Source of the DNA: an uncultured Nitrospiraceae bacterium
GTDB taxonomy: Bacteria > Nitrospirota > Thermodesulfovibrionia > Thermodesulfovibrionales > Dissulfurispiraceae
Reading direction: 5' to 3'
Length of the DNA: 64,000 nucleotides
Assembly (NCBI GenBank): GCA_963727805.1
Contig: CAVSHF010000003.1
Span: 512,001-576,000 of the forward strand
Positions 61,741-64,000 of the stretch are shown here, piece after piece. Numbering within the stretch: position 1 is the first letter of the stretch; the number at the start of each line of letters is the position of its first letter. The position numbers and the translations under genes are program-made. The notes below the pieces were generated by a model that had not been told where the DNA came from, did not search any database, and was given only the letters and a program-made list of their open reading frames with translations.

Positions 61741-62336
61741 AGATCATCTGAATATATTTTCTATGTTAGAATGACGGAAAGCTTCTGGTCAAGAAAGTGC
61801 TGTGGGAGAAGGTGCATATTTTGCTCACAGACCATTTCTTAAGCTATGGAAGGCGGATATGTTGTTAACCCCTGACAAAAGGTGTTGACCCTATTTCCAT
61901 GTAACGACACATTCCGCCTAAACTCCACAACGGCAGTCTGTTTGGCCTACCTCCCTTATTAACTGCAGTCCAATATACTACTTTAAATCTAAACCGGTTT
62001 AAATGAAGCGGGTCAACTATATGCAATCATTCTGTGCGGCGTCCGAACTACATTGGAACTCGTGTACAAACCTGCTCGGAATTTCCTGCTTAGTCTTTCC
62101 GCTTCAATCAGCAACGCTCGCATATCCAAAAAGCATTTACTTTCGAGAAGTTATTCGCACTGTAGTTTGCATTTTATTTGTAACATAGTAGACGTATACA
62201 TAAATCCTCCAATATCAAGCGTTTATTTCACAATAAAAGCCGGCTTGTATCAATAGATGGGACTTTAGCGAGCGAAATGGTATATATTAGTTACCCCATA
62301 TAACAAGTTAACACTACTTCAGCCACGGCAACATCA

Positions 62337-62717
62337 CTAGTGGCTGCACCCTCCCCCCTGACTATGTCCCGCACAAGTGTGCTGAGGGGTAAACTGCGGC
62401 AGGGAGCCGGCTTTCAACAACCCAACGTTTTCACCTATAGTTGTCTTCTTCGCTTGAAAGACCCTTATACCTTTCTGGTTCAGTTTGTTCAAAGCACCGG
62501 CACCGATACCTCCCACCACTACAGCGTCAACTTGCTCACCGTTCATAGCCATAACGGGGTTACAAGCCCCATGTTCATGGTGCTGATCACTGTTGCTGAT
62601 CGTTGAAACACTGCCTGTCTCAGTATTAACAATGACAAAGTTTGGCGCAGACCCAAAATGGTTATAGACAATACTGTTCATGTCCTTATTTTCCAAAACG
62701 GGAAAACATATTTTCAT
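62337..62717 (-). CDS. NifB/NifX-family metal-cluster-binding protein with His/Cys-rich segments
   Basis: HFGSAP, HHEHGAC, GGIGAGA, HTCAGH...GCSH. Confidence 0.88.
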   Translation of the reverse strand: MKICFPVLENKDMNSIVYNHFGSAPNFVIVNTETGSVSTISNSDQHHEHGACNPVMAMNGEQVDAVVVGGIGAGALNKLNQKGIRVFQAKKTTIGENVGLLKAGSLPQFTPQHTCAGHSQGGGCSH

Positions 62718-62739
62718 TACTCGACCTCCATAAATTTAT

Positions 62740-62821
62740 TATGCACATATGCTCATATTATACTTTCTTCACCGTATATGTCAAACAATTCTTGACATAA
62801 TTTTGACCATATGCCGATAAT
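62740..62821. promoter_or_regulatory. Divergent sigma-70 promoters with two CATATG-centred operators
   Basis: Minus TTGACA(62784-79)-N16-TATAAT(62762-57); plus TTGACA(62792-97)-N18-GATAAT; operators 62740-57 and 62802-19. Confidence 0.7.
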
Positions 62822-62827
62822 ATTCTC

Positions 62828-63115
62828 ATGCCCAGACCAAAAAAGTGCAGGCACATAAAGTGCCAGCCCAACTCCTACTACTTTAAACCGAGAGGCATCC
62901 CGCTTGTTGATTTAGAAGAGGTTGTACTTACGATAGATGAATTTGAAGCAATCAGGCTTGCGGATCACAAGCGGCTTTACCAACATGCAGCGGCAACTGA
63001 AATGCGCATATCACGGTCAACTTTCGGACGCATCCTTGCCCAGGGGCACAGGAAAGTGGCTGAAGCCCTCACATGTGGGAAAGCCCTTAAGATTGAGGCT
63101 TTAACTAAAAAGTAA
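62828..63115 (+). CDS. DUF134 family HTH protein
   Basis: MPRPKKCR, FKPRG, EFEAIRLAD, ISRSTFGRIL. Confidence 0.92.
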   Translation: MPRPKKCRHIKCQPNSYYFKPRGIPLVDLEEVVLTIDEFEAIRLADHKRLYQHAAATEMRISRSTFGRILAQGHRKVAEALTCGKALKIEALTKK

Positions 63116-63461
63116 ACACTTTGGATTCCGCTGCCAAACTAATCAGCATTTTCGCTTTTTCGAACCTCGCCGAGGCAACAAGGTCTTCTTCCCCCATGTG
63201 TCGTGCATTGGCACAGGGGGTGCAAACGAAGATAGGCACCTCAGCCTTTATAAGATAATCCAATAAAGGTTTCAATTCGTCGCCGGTCGGAGACTTCATA
63301 TTGTCCACCATGCCAATTCTGGCAATATTCACGCCGTCTTCTATCAAGAAGACACTTACCTCATGTCCTTCCTCTTTCGCGACTTTCGCCAAGTGGATAC
63401 AACGGGTAGCTCTAACCGGATCATCCGTCCCCCTACTTAAAACAAACAGGAATTTTGCCAT
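63105..63461 (-). CDS. DsrE-family protein
   Basis: VFLIEDGV, VCTPCANAR; AGGAGG SD before ATG 63461. Confidence 0.85.
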   Translation of the reverse strand: MAKFLFVLSRGTDDPVRATRCIHLAKVAKEEGHEVSVFLIEDGVNIARIGMVDNMKSPTGDELKPLLDYLIKAEVPIFVCTPCANARHMGEEDLVASARFEKAKMLISLAAESKVFTF

Positions 63462-63805
63462 CTCAGCCTCCTTAAAACGTCTCTGACAACCTTCCCGGCA
63501 TAAATGCCAGGAATTCACGGTATAGTGAACATTCGTTCACTTAAATGAATTTTGCCTACACAACAGACAGACGGCACGGCTTATATTCCCACGATGAATG
63601 ACGGACGTTTTCGCCGCCCTCTCATACTTTACGTAAAGAATCTTTTTTCATGACATTGGGATCAGGGATGCAATTTCTCTTCTGAGGGGACGTATTGCCC
63701 CGACCTGTCAGCTTTGAGCTATATCATACCTTTCAGTATAGCAAACTAGGCAAGTCCCATACCGTTATTTACATTTAGTTTTTCCGATATTTGTATATCG
63801 AAGCA

Positions 63806-64000
63806 TTAGAACATGTAGACGAAAGTTCGCGGGTCCCGGTACTCATGACACTGACTGCAGAGGCTTCGGGCCTTTTCTTTAACTATCCATGTATGCTGCC
63901 TGTGACAATGCATACAGTCTATGTTATTTTTTGCATGGGCCCCGTGCTCGCCAATAGAAAGCTGCGACCGATGACATTCGGCCGTGCATGTTGCTGAAGT
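63806..64000 (-). CDS. Multiheme cytochrome c, C-terminal part (runs off window; absent from ORF track)
   Basis: Manual translation TSATCTAECH...IDCMHCH...LCSQCHEYRDPRTFVYMF*. Confidence 0.85.
   Translation of the reverse strand, partial: TSATCTAECHRSQLSIGEHGAHAKNNIDCMHCHRQHTWIVKEKARSLCSQCHEYRDPRTFVYMF

Noticed and set aside
61810..61825. Plus-strand GG-N10-GC (AGGTGCATATTTTGCT) as a sigma-54 promoter
   Set aside because: Poor -24 element and no downstream plus-strand gene.
62013..62201. Minus-strand GGAGG-ATG frame of 63 codons broken by one TAA; an overlapping frame reads MLFGYASV (resolvase-like)
   Set aside because: No recognisable family; the resolvase-like match ends after 10 codons. 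Possible relic but unsupported.
61741..62336. Cobalamin riboswitch upstream of the corrinoid operon
   Set aside because: No GGGAA...GGTG..AATCC core or B12-box found on either strand.
63791..63997. 68-aa plus-strand ORF
   Set aside because: Antisense to the cytochrome frame carrying three heme motifs.

Overview
A gene-dense bacterial chromosomal window from an anaerobe. Gene content and synteny suggest Nitrospirota (Thermodesulfovibrionia-like) or a relative; this is inference, not a database result. Left to right: (1) housekeeping block (SurA-like, ArgA-like, 2-oxoacid oxidoreductase beta/gamma, ppx, proS), then a XerCD dif-type site at 4959-4986, then mtaB and miaB. (2) An ABC-transporter (Wzm/Wzt) surface-glycan locus with three methyltransferases, an acyltransferase, two decayed sugar-gene remnants, and a wHTH plus UpxY/NusG-paralog regulatory head. 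(3) Central metabolism: ppdK, nadE, rsmI, GH57, eno, lpdA, gcvH, UbiA-family, mtnP, apt, mtaD-like, PGM. (4) tRNA-Ser, ffs, dnaX, ybaB, recR. (5) A CxxCH-bearing sensor kinase with a sigma-54 activator, convergent on a sigma-54-promoted NrfD/NrfC/triheme cytochrome module. (6) The most unusual locus: a four-gene overlapping operon of corrinoid protein, MtaA-like protein lacking its HxC cysteine, RACo activator and soluble histidine kinase, a candidate cobalamin/methyl-linked signalling system. (7) NifX-like, DUF134, DsrE and a multiheme cytochrome fragment missed by the ORF track. No CRISPR array, transposase, integrase or prophage gene was seen. All assignments come from motif reading only.
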